Source: Gracilinanus agilis
Lineage: Eukaryota
DNA length: 64,000 nt
Assembly (NCBI RefSeq): GCF_016433145.1
Contig: NC_058132.1
Coordinates: forward strand, 140,995,284-141,059,283
Reading direction: 5' to 3'
A program made the position numbers and the translations under genes. Below the pieces are notes generated by a model. The model saw nothing but the letters and a program-made list of their open reading frames with translations, was not told the DNA's origin and ran no database searches. Each line of letters begins with the position of its first letter. The first letter of the stretch is position 1. Shown here one piece after another: positions 12,428-25,619 of the stretch.

Positions 12428-12764
12428 GTAGGTGGGAGCTGCGCCGGGAGCGGGCGTCCCGCGGGAACTCCTGACCTTCCTCTGCCCGCGGCCGCCCCGG
12501 ACACCGCGGGGCCTAGGGCGGCCCGGGGCTAGAGGAGCCGGTCGACCGGGAACGGTCCGGGTCTAGGGCCAGGGCCAAGGCCGGGCGACGCGAGGAGGAG
12601 GGCGAGGGCGGTGGTTACGGGCTCCTCGGTGGAGAGAGAAGACGCGAGCAGAGGCTGCCGTTAGAGGAGGCACAGGCGGGCATTGGAGTGCTCGGACGCT
12701 GGGGCGGCGGGAGCCATTAGAGGCCTCCCTGGACCGGCCGGCGTGTGCGTTTGCGCGCGCGTGT

Positions 12765-13430
12765 GTAAAAAATAGTGGAGGCTCCTCTCGGCATATGTGT
12801 GTATAAGATATTGGAGGCTTCTCACCATGTAGATGTGAAAGAAATAGGTTGGACGTTTTTTTCCTCCCTCCCCGTGTGTGTATTTGTGTTTTGTGTCTTA
12901 AGTTATGGGAGGCCTTCCCCTTAGCATAATAAGTGTGTGAGTTTGGAGGCGTGTGTGTTTGTAAGTTATTGGACGCTTTCCCTTCACAGCATGTATGAAA
13001 AGAGGGATTGCACTTCTATTTCCTCTGCTAGTTATGAGGGCGATTGAGGAGGTTTCCCTTTCATCGGCGAGTGTGTGCGTGAGGGTGTGTAAGTTATTGG
13101 AGGTCTTTCCTTTTACATGCGAGTGTGAGTTTGGAGGTATGTGAATAAGTTATTGGAGGTCTCAGCATGCGTGTGTGAGTTTGATGGCGCGCATGTGTTT
13201 GTAAGCTATTGGAGGCTTTCCCTTCAGCATGTGTATGACAGAGATATTGGACTCTTATTCCCTCAGAGAATGTGTGAGAGCAATTGAGGAGGCCTCCCTC
13301 CGAGTGTGTGTAAGATATTGGAAGCTTTCTCCTCAGCCTATGTGTACATGAAAGGAGGTTCCATGTGCGATATTTAAGGCTTGTGCCTATGAGGGTGAGA
13401 TATAGTGGAGTTTTCCTTCTCAGCTTATGT
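12765..13430 (+). repeat. Degenerate tandem array in proximal intron 1, core (GT)n-TAAG(T/A/C)TATTGGAGG(C/T)TTTCCC
   Basis: Core copies at about 12804, 12899, 12962, 13090, 13146, 13202, 13241 and 13311, plus weaker ones. A higher-order duplication of about 240 bp is visible (12923-13100 vs 13163-13325). Confidence 0.85.
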
Positions 13431-14384
13431 GATGGAGAATCTTCCCTCTATGCAAAGAAAGACTAGAAGCTTCTCCTTCTGAGTGTGTGTATGTATGGAT
13501 GTTAAAAGTCTTCTCTCAATGTGAGGAATAGAATTAAGAGATCTTCCAGGATTTTGAAGATGATTGGGAAATTGTGGATCTTGAGAGTAATTACTTCTGG
13601 GATGAAGTTTCTATAATCCATTCCCTGGAGAAGCAGATTTGGTGGGATTAGGCATTTTTTGGAAGAGGAGGAAAAGATGTGAGGTTTGAAGGCAGCGGAG
13701 ACTGAAGGAGAGGGGAAGGGAAGTGGGCATGAATAGAGCTAAAGACAAACAAATTGTTGGGAGAAGAAATGGGGGAAACCGGAAGGGAAGAACAGGGAGA
13801 ATAATTTCTAATTTTGCCTGATTGTGGAAAAGAATTTTTCTTAGGTAGGTTTTGGCACTTTGGAAGGTTCTACTTATCACATGTTGATAGGAAATCTATT
13901 GCTCCCTGGTGGAGGAGATAGATGGGATTGGGGATTGGGTAGTTATTTTTTGCTTCTTGCCTCTTGAAGGATACTCCAACCTATTACTGTTGTGAATTGA
14001 AAAGATGTGCTGGTTTGTTTAAATGTAAAATCTGGAAATGCCTGTTGCTGAAGAGTTTTCCCTCCTTTTCTATTTTTAATTTGGTGAAGAGTTCTTGTAA
14101 TAAACTGTCTGCCCCCTTTTCCAACTGAAAGGTGACAGTGATTGTGTACAGGTGGTAGCCTGGTCACTGAGAATACAAGTTACTTTTAAAAGCTTTATTG
14201 ATTTTCTTATACTGGAATATACTAAATCCATTTATACTTATTTAAAGCATCTCTGTTGAGAGACTGATAGGGATGGAATATTTTTGTGTTTTCTGTGATA
14301 AACTTAAAAAAACCCTTTACTCTTTTCACAACAGAAAAGTACTAGTGTCTATTCAAAACCTTGATTTAAACATAAATTACTCTA

Positions 14385-15170
14385 AATCAACATTTATTAA
14401 GTGTCTCTTGAGTGCCAGGACTAGGACAAACTCTGGGGATACAAAGACATAAACAAATAAAATAACTTATGCCCTCAGGGAGCTTACATTCTGTGGGAGA
14501 AATAACATGTGATGAGTAAATAGAGCATATTTACAGAATAATTCAGAGAGGCATGGTCATGGGGGAGATAATGAAAGACCCTACATATAGGCATTTTAAG
14601 CAGGGGTTTAACATGTATAAAGATGGAGACTGGAGATTGGATGCTCTTTCTGGGGAACAATAAGTAGACTTATTTTTGTGGAATATGTAAAGTACGTGGA
14701 ATGTTGGATTGCACCTAGATTATGAAGAACTTAATCTGGAATTTCCTATTTGTTCCTAAATGCAAATGCAACTAACTACAGTTTCTTTGGGTGGGGAATG
14801 ATAATCATTCTATGCTTAAGGAATATCAATTGGGTAGTTTGGAGGGTGGATAGAAGAGGGAAGGGAATGGATGTTGAGAAGCCAAGAAGAGTTTACTCCT
14901 GGGGAAAGATGAGAGGCTTGAACCTGGTTGTGACCCTCTGAGTAGAGAGAAGGGAACAGACTCCACAAAACATTATAGAGGTAGATAAGATTTTTCAACT
15001 GATTCTTGGAGAATTGTTGAGGATGACAGATTACAAAACCGAGTGATTATAAGAATTGTAGTCTTTTCAAAAGAATTTGGTAATTGGGAAGAGGAGTTGG
15101 GTGTGCAGAGAAAGAAGAGTTGTCATTTGGATATGTTGATTTTGTGATGCCTATTGATGTACAGTTGATG
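14385..15170 (-). mobile_element. L2 LINE remnant
   Basis: CAACATTTATTAAGTG...GTGCCAGG...CTGGGGATACAAAG...CCCTCAGGGAGCTTACATTCT signature. Confidence 0.7.
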
Positions 15171-16269
15171 ACACATAAGGAGCTCACAAAACTATGGTTA
15201 AATATTTAGATCTGGAAGTAATGTGAATGTAATGTGAAAGACCTCCCTCGAGCATACCTGAAAGGACAATAGGCAGCTTAATAATGGAAACAGTTATACT
15301 TTTAGATTATATTTATGGAAAAAGTTACTTTGAAAAATAGATGGATTCAATTTAAGGTTTTGAAATTTTTATTTTAGTTCCTTTCTCTTCATCAATTCCT
15401 TAAAAGATTACCAGTAAGATACCAAGAGCTTTTCTTATGGTTAGAATGTGGCAGTTTCTTTTCATTTGATTAATATCTTCAAGGAATGAAAGATGAGAGC
15501 TTGAAAAGCACTTAAATCAGATGGTACTTTAATACTGTGCTAAGGAATAACCTTTGAAAAAGAAAACCAGAAGAGCAGAACAAGATCATCAAATGTCTAT
15601 TTTAAAAAGTATATGGGATTAAGAAAAATGTGTAACTCATCTAAACAGATTATTTTTCAAATGTTGCTGTTTTTAATCGGATTTAGGGAAGTTTTTCTCT
15701 ATAGAGAACTAAACATGACTTGGGCCCAGGAAGACTATTTCTACTTCTGACACTTAGTAGCTATATGAACACAAGTAAACTCAGTGAACCTCAGTTTCTT
15801 CACTTTCTTCTTCTATAAAATGTAAATAATATCTGTAATAACTATCTTAAAGTTATTGTGAGGCTCAATTGATTATATGAAGCACCTTACAGATTTTAAA
15901 ATGCTATATCATTTCTATTAATACATTTAAGTTATTTACATTTGCTTTCTAAATCTTTTAGGTTTATTATTTGTAGATATACTCAGGTTTTTTGTTTGTT
16001 TTTTTTGTATTTTAGAATGAACACATAATTCATGTTTGTTTTTTTAAGTAAGGACTTTGTTAGATTTACCAACAAGGCAGCACAAATAGAACATGATTTT
16101 AGAGAGGCCAGGGTTTCAAGAAGCATCACAGTATAATCCAGGTAATTTCATAAGGCAAGAGGTGGGAATATGTGAAATTTTTAGCTGTGTGTTTTAAATA
16201 GTAGACAACTTTTGAATGAATGAATTAAAATTAATTTCAATTTCAAAAGTATCCCATTGTTTTCTTTGC

Positions 16270-16483
16270 TTTCTTGAAAGTGTCTTCAAACTATAGGCCA
16301 GTGAATTTGTCTTTGATTCCTAGGAAAGTTCTAGAACAGATCATTAAAGATATGTTGAAGAACATCAACAAAAGGAAGCAGTGATTACAGTGAGCTAGCT
16401 AGTATGGCTTCAAGAACAAGTTATGCCAGACTAACTTCATTTCCTTTTCTGTCATAGATCCTAATTGATATATAAGAGAAAAG

Positions 16484-16536
<53 letters not shown>

Positions 16537-17781
16537 GTTTATTGAGATTTTAGCAGTTATTTTAATAATATATCATGTATATCATGTAATCCTTGTGAGG
16601 ACAATTGACTAGATAACACATTTAGATGGATTCAGAACTATTTTCCTGGCCAGATTAAATGTCATCTTGGTGGGAGGTTTCCCAAGGAGTGCCCCAGGGA
16701 TTTGTTGTTGACTTTTTTGTTTTTAAAATAGTAATTTGGGTAAAGGTATAGATGGCATGCCTATCAGATTTGCAGATGACACCAGACTAGGAGGGATAGT
16801 TACCACACTGGATGACAGAATTAGAATCTAGAAATCAACTTGATATGTCTAGAATATTGGGCTGATTTAGTAAAATAAACTTCAGTAGAGATAAATGTGA
16901 AGTCTTATGTTTGGATTTGAAAAACAACTTGACAAGACTAGGTTCGGGGATCATGATGAAATAGTACTGTGGTTATTTTGAAATAGACAGGGGGGTGATA
17001 TTGGTGGATTACATGCTTAACAAGAACCAGCCAGTGTGATATGGCAAAAAAGTTAATATCACCTTGAGATGTATTTAAAGAGGCATAACTTCAAGGAATA
17101 AGGAGGGGATGGTCCTCCCACCCCCAGCTCTTGTTAGACCTTGTCTAGATTATTGTGTCCATTTCCAAGACCCATATTGATAAGCTGGAGGGGGTAACCA
17201 AGATGCTTAAGGACCATGAATACATGTCCCCTGAGGATCACTTGAAACAACTTGGGTATGTTTAGCTTTGGGGAAAAGAGTGGAAACCAGATGAGTGGAA
17301 ATCAGATAGCTGCCTTTAAATACTTATGTCATTTCAAAGAGGGGTTATACTTGTTTTTATCAGTCCCAAGGTGTAGAACCAGGAACTATGTATATATGAA
17401 AGTTGCAAAGAGGCATATTTGGGCTTAATGTCAAAAAAAAAAACAAACAAAACTTGCTAACAATTAGAGCTATAGAATTTCCTAGTAGAATTCTATTCTA
17501 GTAGAATCTGCTTAGAATTCATTAGTAGAANNNNNNNNNNNNNNNNNNNNNNNNNNNNNNNNNNNNNNNNNNNNNNNNNNNNNNNNNNNNNNNNNNNNNN
17601 NNNNNNNNNNNNNNNNNNNNNNNNNNNNNNNNNNNNNNNNNNNNNNNNNNNNNNNNNNNNNNNNNNNNNNNNNNNNNNNNNNNNNGAAGCAGGATAATTA
17701 CTTGTCAGATATGCTATACTGGAGATTTATTTTGAAATGAATGGCTGCTGAGGTCCCTTCCAATTCTTAGATTCTGTGATT
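16270..17781 (+). mobile_element. L3/CR1 LINE remnant with a decayed RT domain and its 3' end
   Basis: TTT GCA GAT GAC at 16769-16780 reads IRFADDTRLGG. CR1 3' terminus GAGGTCCCTTCCAATTCTTAGATTCTGTGATT at about 17750-17781. Contains (TG)n and an N gap (17531-17685). Confidence 0.85.
16485..16533. repeat. (TG)n microsatellite, about 24 units
   Basis: Directly visible. Confidence 0.95.
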
Positions 17782-18084
17782 TTCAGAATGAATGTCTTAA
17801 CTCTGATCACACTTTCAAATTTAATGCAATATCACCATTAGGAGAAAAAACACAACCACAATCTGTATCTTGCTATTGGTGAAATAATAGTTTCATTTGC
17901 ATGTATAAGACTATAAATTTAATCCATAATCTTTAGCCAAGCTTTTTAGGTTTTTCCAGTCTTGCTGATATCTACCTTTCTAACTTCATGCTTTCCCCAA
18001 ATGTTCCAAACCAGACTTCTCTCTATTACTCATATTTTTTCTTACCCCATGTTTTTGTTCCTATCTGGAATGCATACCCTGTAG

Positions 18085-18584
18085 CAGTGATGGCGAACCT
18101 ATGGCATACATGCCAAAAAGGGCACACAGAAACCTCTCTGTGGGAATGCCTGCAGTTGCCTGCTAGAATTTGTTACTAGAAAGTCAGAGGGATTGGGGTG
18201 GAGCTGTTCTCCCTCTCCATGCACCTGAGGATATCCCTCACTTCACCTCCTCCCTCCCCACTCAGTCCAGCAGCTCAATAGGGATAAGGGTGGTGGCGGG
18301 GTGGCAGGGCTCACATGCTTGAGAGTGCAGCACAGTGGCAGCCTATTGAGTCTTGTCGTGAAGGTCATTCCCATGGTGGGGTTTGAAGGGAGTAGAGCTA
18401 GTGTAGAAAATAGCTGGAGGGGAGCAGAGTGCTTGGGTCACACTCCCCCTCTCCACATGCCCCTCTCATCATCCACCCCTCTGCCCAATGGGAATGTTTC
18501 CCCCCTTCCCATTTGGGGTGGAGGAGGGTGAGGGGGTGCAGGGTGGAACATGGCACCCCGTCTCTAAATGGTTTGTCATCACTG
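18085..18584 (+). mobile_element. Non-autonomous hAT DNA transposon (MITE, 500 bp)
   Basis: Left terminal inverted repeat (TIR) CAGTGATGGCGAACCT, right TIR TGGTTTGTCATCACTG, 8-bp TSD CCCTGTAG / CCCTGTAA. Confidence 0.9.
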
Positions 18585-19667
18585 CCCTGTAATTTCCCCA
18601 AACCTTCAACTTCTGAAATTTTACCCATCTTTCAAGGTATGTTACAAGTTCTACTTTCTCCATTGAGTCTTCTCAGAGATAAAATAAGAGAGCTGAACTT
18701 GAGTTCCAGAGTTAAAATTCCAGCTCTGTTTCTTACTTCTGTTGTCATTACAGGAAAGTCTCTTAATCCCTTCCCCAGTTGCTTAGTTTCCTCATCTCTA
18801 AAATGAGAGGACTAAATCAAGACAAGGTCTCTTCCAGTTGTAGAATCTATCTATGATCACTTATACCCTTGGACTCTTACCTTGGTTTTGGGCTATAGTT
18901 CTGCTATATTTATAACAATTATTTGAATACATATTCTATGTCTTCCACTAGATTATGTCTTCTAGATTATAAACTATTTGTAGGGATGCTTGTTGAATTG
19001 CAATAATCAAGAATTTATTATGTGCTTTCCAGACACTTCTAGGCCTGACAAATGCAGAAGTGCTAGGATTTAAATAAAAAAGAGACCTTTGAATTATAGC
19101 TTGAGAGCCAAGGGGGTTGCAATATATTCACACACAAGTAGTTACTCCAGGGTCTATACAAAATAATAGTGATTTCTTAGGGGAAGACCTCTTAAAGAAG
19201 GTAGCGCTTGAATTCATATTTGAAGGAAACTAGGGACTCAAGAGCCAAATATGAGGAGGGAGGTCATTTCAGGTCTGATGGACAACCTATGTAAAGATGC
19301 CACATATGGGGAGCAGTAGAAATTGCTTGTCTGGAATGTAGAATAAGTGATGGAGAGTAATGTATAATCAGCCTGGAAAGAGATTAAGTCCAGATTCTGA
19401 AAGGCTATAAATAGCAAATAGAATCTGTACTTTATCCTATAGCTGAGGGAGCCACAAAAAATTTTTACATAGAAAAGTGTTATGATCAGATCTGCTCTTT
19501 AGGAATTTCAGTTTGATAATTGTATGGATTAGAGAGAGGAGTAAAGGATGCAGAGAAACTGATGAGGTTGAGTCACAGGTCAGAGTTGTAGAATGTCTGG
19601 TTTAGGCTTGATATATAGGAATCAAGAGAAGGAAGAGATTGTGGGTAGAGAGATGACCTTTGAGACT

Positions 19668-20343
19668 TTTTTTTTTCTTTTTAGAAAACATTTCCATGGT
19701 TACTTGATTCAAGTTCTTACTTTCCCCTTCATCTCCCTCTGCCCCCCATAGCATTTCCACTGGTTTTAACATGTGCCATCGATCAAGACCTATTTCTATA
19801 TTATTGATAGTTGTACTAGGGTGTTCATTTCGAGTCTACGTCCCCAATCATGTCCGCATCAAACCATGTGTTCAAGCAGTTTTTTTTCTTCTGTGTTTCC
19901 ACTCCTGTAGTTCTTCCTCTGAATGTGAATAGTATTCTTTTCCATAAATCCCTCAGAATTGTCCTGGATCATTGCATTTCTGCTAGTGCAGAGGTCCATT
20001 ACATTCGATTTTACCACAGTGTATTAGTCTCTGTGTACAATGGTCTTTTGGCTCTCCTCCTTTCACTTTGCATCAGCTCCTGGAGGTCATTCCAGTTCAC
20101 ATGGAATTCCTCCAGTTTATTATTCCTTTGAGTACAGTAGTATTCCATCACCAGCATATACCACGATTTGTTCAGCCATTCCCCAATTGAAGGGCATACC
20201 CTCATTTTCCAGTTTTTTGCCACCATAAAGAGCGTGGCTATAAATATTTTTGTACCAGTCTTTTTCCCTATGATCTCTCTGGGGTACAAACCCAGCAATG
20301 GTATGGCTGGATCAAAGGGCAGGCAGTCTTTTAGTGCTCTTTT
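19668..20343 (-). mobile_element. 5'-truncated L1 (ORF2 C-terminus plus 3' UTR)
   Basis: ORF 20011-20298 gives LGLYPREI...CPSIGEWLNK...MEYY, the L1 ORF2 C-terminus. Poly-T on +. TSD GACCTTTGAGACT / GACCTTGGAGTCT. Confidence 0.9.
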
Positions 20344-22309
20344 GACCTTGGAGTCTCAATGGCCTGGGTTTCAGTCTCATATCTGACAAATATTAGTTGT
20401 ATCATTTTGGACAAGCTACTTAACCTCTCAGTGTCCCAGGTAGCTAGCTAAGACTTTTTTTTTTTTTTAAACAACTAGAATTTATATTGCATTTTAATGT
20501 TTATAAAGCATTTTACACACTACTTTATTTGATCCTCACAACAACCCTCTTAGGTGGGTGCTATTATCTCGGTTTTGCAAATGATGAAACTGAGGTTTAG
20601 TATCACACAGAAGTATTTGAGCTGAATGAGTAACACAAAGAATTCCTGTTAGCTAAGACTCAAGCTATAGAGTAGGTGCTGATAATGGGCATTGTTAGGG
20701 GTAGTTTGAAAAATTACTTTTTTTTGGTAGGGGAAAAAAGTACTTCTGTGGTTTTAATGCCATCTTACAATTTTGTATTTTCAAAGTAATTTAAAACATT
20801 TGGGTATATTAATCACCCCATAGCATTTACTTAAACATCCATTTAGGAAAGTAATAAAACCTGGGTTAGTAAAGAGCTGTTTGTTACATAGTTGTTTAAA
20901 CATTGAAAGTGAATATTTTGGGAGAGTTGAGAAGGTTTATTGGTAGAACAATTCACAATAAGTATTATAACGGTCCAATCACCACAGGGCTTTTTTAAAG
21001 TTGGTACTCCAGAAGAATCAGAATTATATAGAGTTGAAAAAGATCTCAGAGGTCATTTAGTCTCATCTCTACTGACAGTGTAAATCATTTCAAGAATATC
21101 CCTGACATATATTCATCAGCCTCTGCTAAAAGAGTCCCCCCTTACAGGGAACTTAAATATATTTGCAGCAAGCCCATTCCATTGGGCAGCCTTAATTGTT
21201 ACGAAGTTGTGTTGATCTGGAATCTTTAATCCTGGTGACAAACTCTCCCTTTAGAGCCAAGCAGAATAAACTTAATGTTGTTTTTTTTTCCTCATGAGAC
21301 AATCCTTCAGATATATGAACACCATGTCTTCTAAGTCTTTTCCATGCTAAACATTTGTTCATAAAATTGATCCTATTTGACATAGTTTGGGCTTTCCTCA
21401 TGTTCCTTTGGAAATGTTTCAAGTTGTTAATGTGTGTCTAAAATGTGATAACTCAGAGTTGGAAACAATAGTCCAGATGTGATCAAAGTAAAGATCAGAG
21501 TATTGTGGGACTATATAACTTCCTTTATTTTGGATTCTGTGCTTCCATTAATGGATAATTTACAATAGCCTTCTAATTGCAATCCCTTCCTGAAGTCTCT
21601 TCTTTTCTCCAATGTGCCACACATCTTCCATAGCAATTTTCCTAAAGCAAATATGTCATTCTCTTACCTGAGCAACTCTAGTGGTTTCCTGTAGCTTTTA
21701 GTATCAAATACAAATTCTTTGGTTTGGCATTTAAAGTTCTTTACAATCTGACTCCTATGTTTCCAATCTCATTGTACATTACTCCTTTTTTCATATTTCT
21801 ATTTGGCTCAGCAATCTTTTGCTTGCAACTGACACTCCCATTTTCCCATCTGTGTGCCTTTGTACTGGCTGTTACCCATTCTTGTAATGTACTACTTCTT
21901 CACTTTTGCTCCAGAGCCCCTTGTGTACTTCAAAACTTAAATCAAGTGCCACTGCATACATGAAACCTTTCCCTGGATCTCCCTTTGCATTTATTTTGCA
22001 TACATGTAATACACATATATACACAACACAAATATATATACATATTAAGTAGTTAATAAATGCTTGTGAATGGATTACAGCATCAAGATTATACTAGTAT
22101 TTTTGGTTCATGTTGTTGACATTTTACTTGCAATCCACCCAAAACCCCTAGATATTTTTCATATGAATTGCATCCTAATCATATTTGTCTTTGCATACTT
22201 GCATAGTTAGATTTTTGCATCTAAGTCCAGCACTTAAGTTCTTAAGTTTATCTTGTTTATGGGGACAGCTAGGTGGCTCAGTGGACTGAGTGCCAGACCT
22301 AGAGGGAAT

Positions 22310-22815
22310 TGCAATACAATAGAAAACAATTCCAGCTCAAGCTCATATTCCCAGGGATTATTGAATCTCATTCCCTGTAATAGTTTAGATCCTGAGAACA
22401 TTCTGATCCAGAATTCTAAAAGGGAAAATAATGAGAAAGTTTTTCTGCTGCTGGAGTGAGGTGTGGGAATCTTCACCTATGTAGTGCCTACATCTTTGCT
22501 TGGATCATATATTATAGACCATCTCCCCAATTTTGCAGGGCCTCTATTTCTCTGTGCCCTCTGTAGCTAGCAAGTAGGGCTGAAGTACCTCACTAGTGCT
22601 TGCCTCCTGACCAGATAGTTATTGGCTGTCTTCTCCCTCCTGACTTTCTATTCTGATTTCTAATCAAACACTACACCTGGGCAGGATAATCTCCCTGGAA
22701 AGACAAGTATTGTCTTGCCCTCTTCTAGTCAGCCACAAGGCTGCCTGTAGGTTTTAGAAATTTTTTACTATCTTTTGGATATAACTCGTCCCCACCAAAA
22801 CCTTCTCTTGCAACA
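22310..22815 (-). mobile_element. LTR-like element following a truncated SINE head (22261-22304)
   Basis: TGCAA...TTGCAACA ends, shared segment with 9318-9413, no clear TSD. Confidence 0.45.
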
Positions 22816-23769
22816 AAGGAAGAGAATGAACATTTATTAAGTAACTGCTCTGTGCTGTGTCTTAATGAGGTTCAGCCCAGTGTTCCATGCCTATCAAGAG
22901 TTTTTAAAATATGACTGTCATGCAATGTATTGACTGTACTGGAGATCTGATAATGATTTGTTTATGTCTTTAATAAAAAAGTTAAACAACTCAGGAACAA
23001 GCATTGGAGTAGTCCTTTTGGAGTTCTCCTTCCAAGCTGACTTGGAATTGCTAATAAAACTACTCTTGAGTTTGTCTTTCACAATCCTTGTAGGCTATCC
23101 TGGCCATCCTATACAACTCTTGTCCATGTTCCCTCATAAATTAGCCACTAGGAATCCATCTAACTTACATAGCATCTTTCAGTTTTCCTGGTATTTGTGG
23201 AAAGTTAATTTCAATCCTCACATATTGAGAGGATACTATTACAGTACATGGCTTCTGCATTGGTTCTTACCTGTATAGGAACTCTGTCAAGGTATGACCA
23301 ATTAAGGGACAAAATTTTATTTTATAGTTCAACATTGTTTTCTGAAATGGTTTGATTAATTCATAGGTCTATTAACATATTAGTGTGTCTGACTTTTCAC
23401 CTCTCCTTGAACATTGATTATTTTCATATTTTTGTTAATTTACTGGTTAGGACGTAGAACTTGACCTATTTTAATTTGTATTTCTATTATTAGTGACCTG
23501 GAGAAGTTTGTTATATGTTTGCTGACAGTTTGAACTTTTTCTTTTGAAAACTGTCCATTTTTCATGATGTAGTGGTAAGTAGGGTTCCCAATCAGCAGCA
23601 AATCTTTTCCTGCTCTCCTTCCAGTTCGTTAGTATTCTTATTTCCCTAACATAGTACTTTGTATTTTATTGAGTAGAATGTAAACTTTTTCAGGATAGGA
23701 ACTTTTTTTGTGTGTGTGTTCCTGTGCTCAACATAGTGACTGGAGCATAGTAGGTATTTAGTAAATTCT

Positions 23770-23964
23770 TTTTTTTTTCCCTTTTTTTTTAAACCCTTAA
23801 CTTCTGTGCATTGGCTCATAGGTGGAAGAGTGGTAAGGGTGGGCAATGGGGGTCAAGTGACTTGCCCAGGGTCACACAGCTGGGAAGTGTCTGAGGCCAG
23901 ATTTGAACCTAGGACCTCCTGTCTCTAGGCCTGACTCTCAATCCACTGAGCTACCCAGCTGCCC
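23770..23964 (-). mobile_element. Young SINE1_Mdo-type SINE
   Basis: Full length, with a perfect 15-bp TSD TATTTAGTAAATTCT (23755-23769 and 23965-23979). Confidence 0.92.
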
Positions 23965-25619
23965 TATTTAGTAAATTCTCATTGAGTTGAATTCATGGTT
24001 TTTGACCATTTATTTATTGGGGAATGGCCCTTGGTCTTAAGTATTTCTGTTAGTTGCCTTTCATGACCATCATACTTTTATCAGAAGACTTTGTTTTATG
24101 AGCTCACACTGGATTGTAATGGTCACATTTTTCCTTTCTAATATTCATAAGCCATTGCTTCAATCATTCAGTAATTTTACCAGAAAATTTATGTCAGGCT
24201 TATTGGCTTACATTTGAATTTAAGTATTTCATTACCCTTTCTGGAATTTAGGTAATCTTTTGCCTTTCCCATTTGCCACAGTTCCTCTGAGATCACAATA
24301 GTAGTTTAGCAATGATCTTAAGTGTTTGAGCACTCTTGGATGTGTTTTTTTCTGGGCCAGGTAACTTTGAGGTGTTAAAGAGTTCAAATGTAGTTATTTC
24401 ATTATCATTGATGAGATCTGATTACTATTATAATATTGGGAGATATGTTCAATTTTGCATTCATTTGCTACTGCATGTATTAATTTTATATTGCAGAACT
24501 TTGACCAATTTCCTTAGTGTTTTCCTTCTACATTTGCAGCTATATTTGGCTAAGTTTTTTTTTTTTTCCCTATAGAGAGCAAAAAGTACCTTCTCAACCA
24601 TTTCCACTTAGCCTTCCTACCTCTTGACATGTACTTCCTTCATCAGCTGCCTCTGTGTAAACACCATGGGACAGACTTGGTATTTTGATTTTTTTTTTTC
24701 TTGTTTGCAGATGGGAGAAGCAATCTCCTTTTGTATTCTTCCCACTTTCACTTGTTTCCATTCATTTCAGAGTTCAGCTTTATCTGGTTGCTAGGTGGTA
24801 GAGTGGATAGAATGGTGACCCTGAAAACAAGAAGACTTATTTTAAGGTCGCAATTACTAGCAGTGTGACCCTAGGCAAGTGACTTAACTTCTGTTTGTCT
24901 CAGTTTTCTTAATTGTAAAATTGGTATAATAATAGCAATCAATAATAAGATCAAATGAGATTGTATTTGTAAGGTGTTTAGCACAATGCCTGGCACATAG
25001 TTGGCTGTTGTTCCCCTCTACTCTTCCTTTCCTCCCTATGTCTTTCAGAAACTAGGCCCTTGCTTTTTTTCACACACATACTCAAAGAATGTTGTTTTAC
25101 ACTGTCTACCCTTCACTGTCAGTCCCATTACACTAACCTAATTCCCCTTACAGTCTGTTTGATATACACATTTATATCTCTTAGTTCTCCCATATCCTTT
25201 CAGTTGTGCTAGTCATGTATGATAAACTCTTCCTAGCCCTTCTGATACATATAACATAGATTTTTCAGTGTTTGATTTACTCTTTACCACTTCTCCTCAA
25301 ACCTTGTGTTTGAAAGATCATCCCCACATTCAGTTTCAGATACAACATACTGATACTCTCATGTTGTTTTCACATACCTACTCTTCCCCCTTATTTCTCC
25401 TTAATATTCCCCTTCCCCCAATGTTTGAAATAAGATGTTAAGTGGTAACTTACTTCACACAATATACCTCTAGTTTAGAGGATCTTTTTCTGGGTTCTGG
25501 CAATATATTTCAAGCCCCAAAGAATTTTATGGCTAAATTAATTTGGTAATTCCTGTGGTATAGTATTATTTATTTAAAATCTGCCTCCTAACCTAATCAT
25601 TGCCACCAAAAGTACTCAC

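Larger units (their letters stand above)
11715..12780 (+). promoter_or_regulatory. USP12: CpG-island promoter and 5' UTR of USP12
   Basis: Very GC- and CpG-rich block in an AT-rich, CpG-depleted background. GC boxes (GGGGCGGAG at 11895 and 11923), ETS-like GGAAGTG (11724, 11937), YY1-like AAGATGGCG (12363), no TATA box. The transcription start site cannot be fixed from sequence. Confidence 0.9.

Noticed and set aside
17473-17530. TAGAA/TTCTA direct and inverted short repeats resembling a spacer array
   Set aside because: Low-complexity expansion inside L3 next to a gap. There are no unique spacers, and CRISPR is not expected in a mammal.
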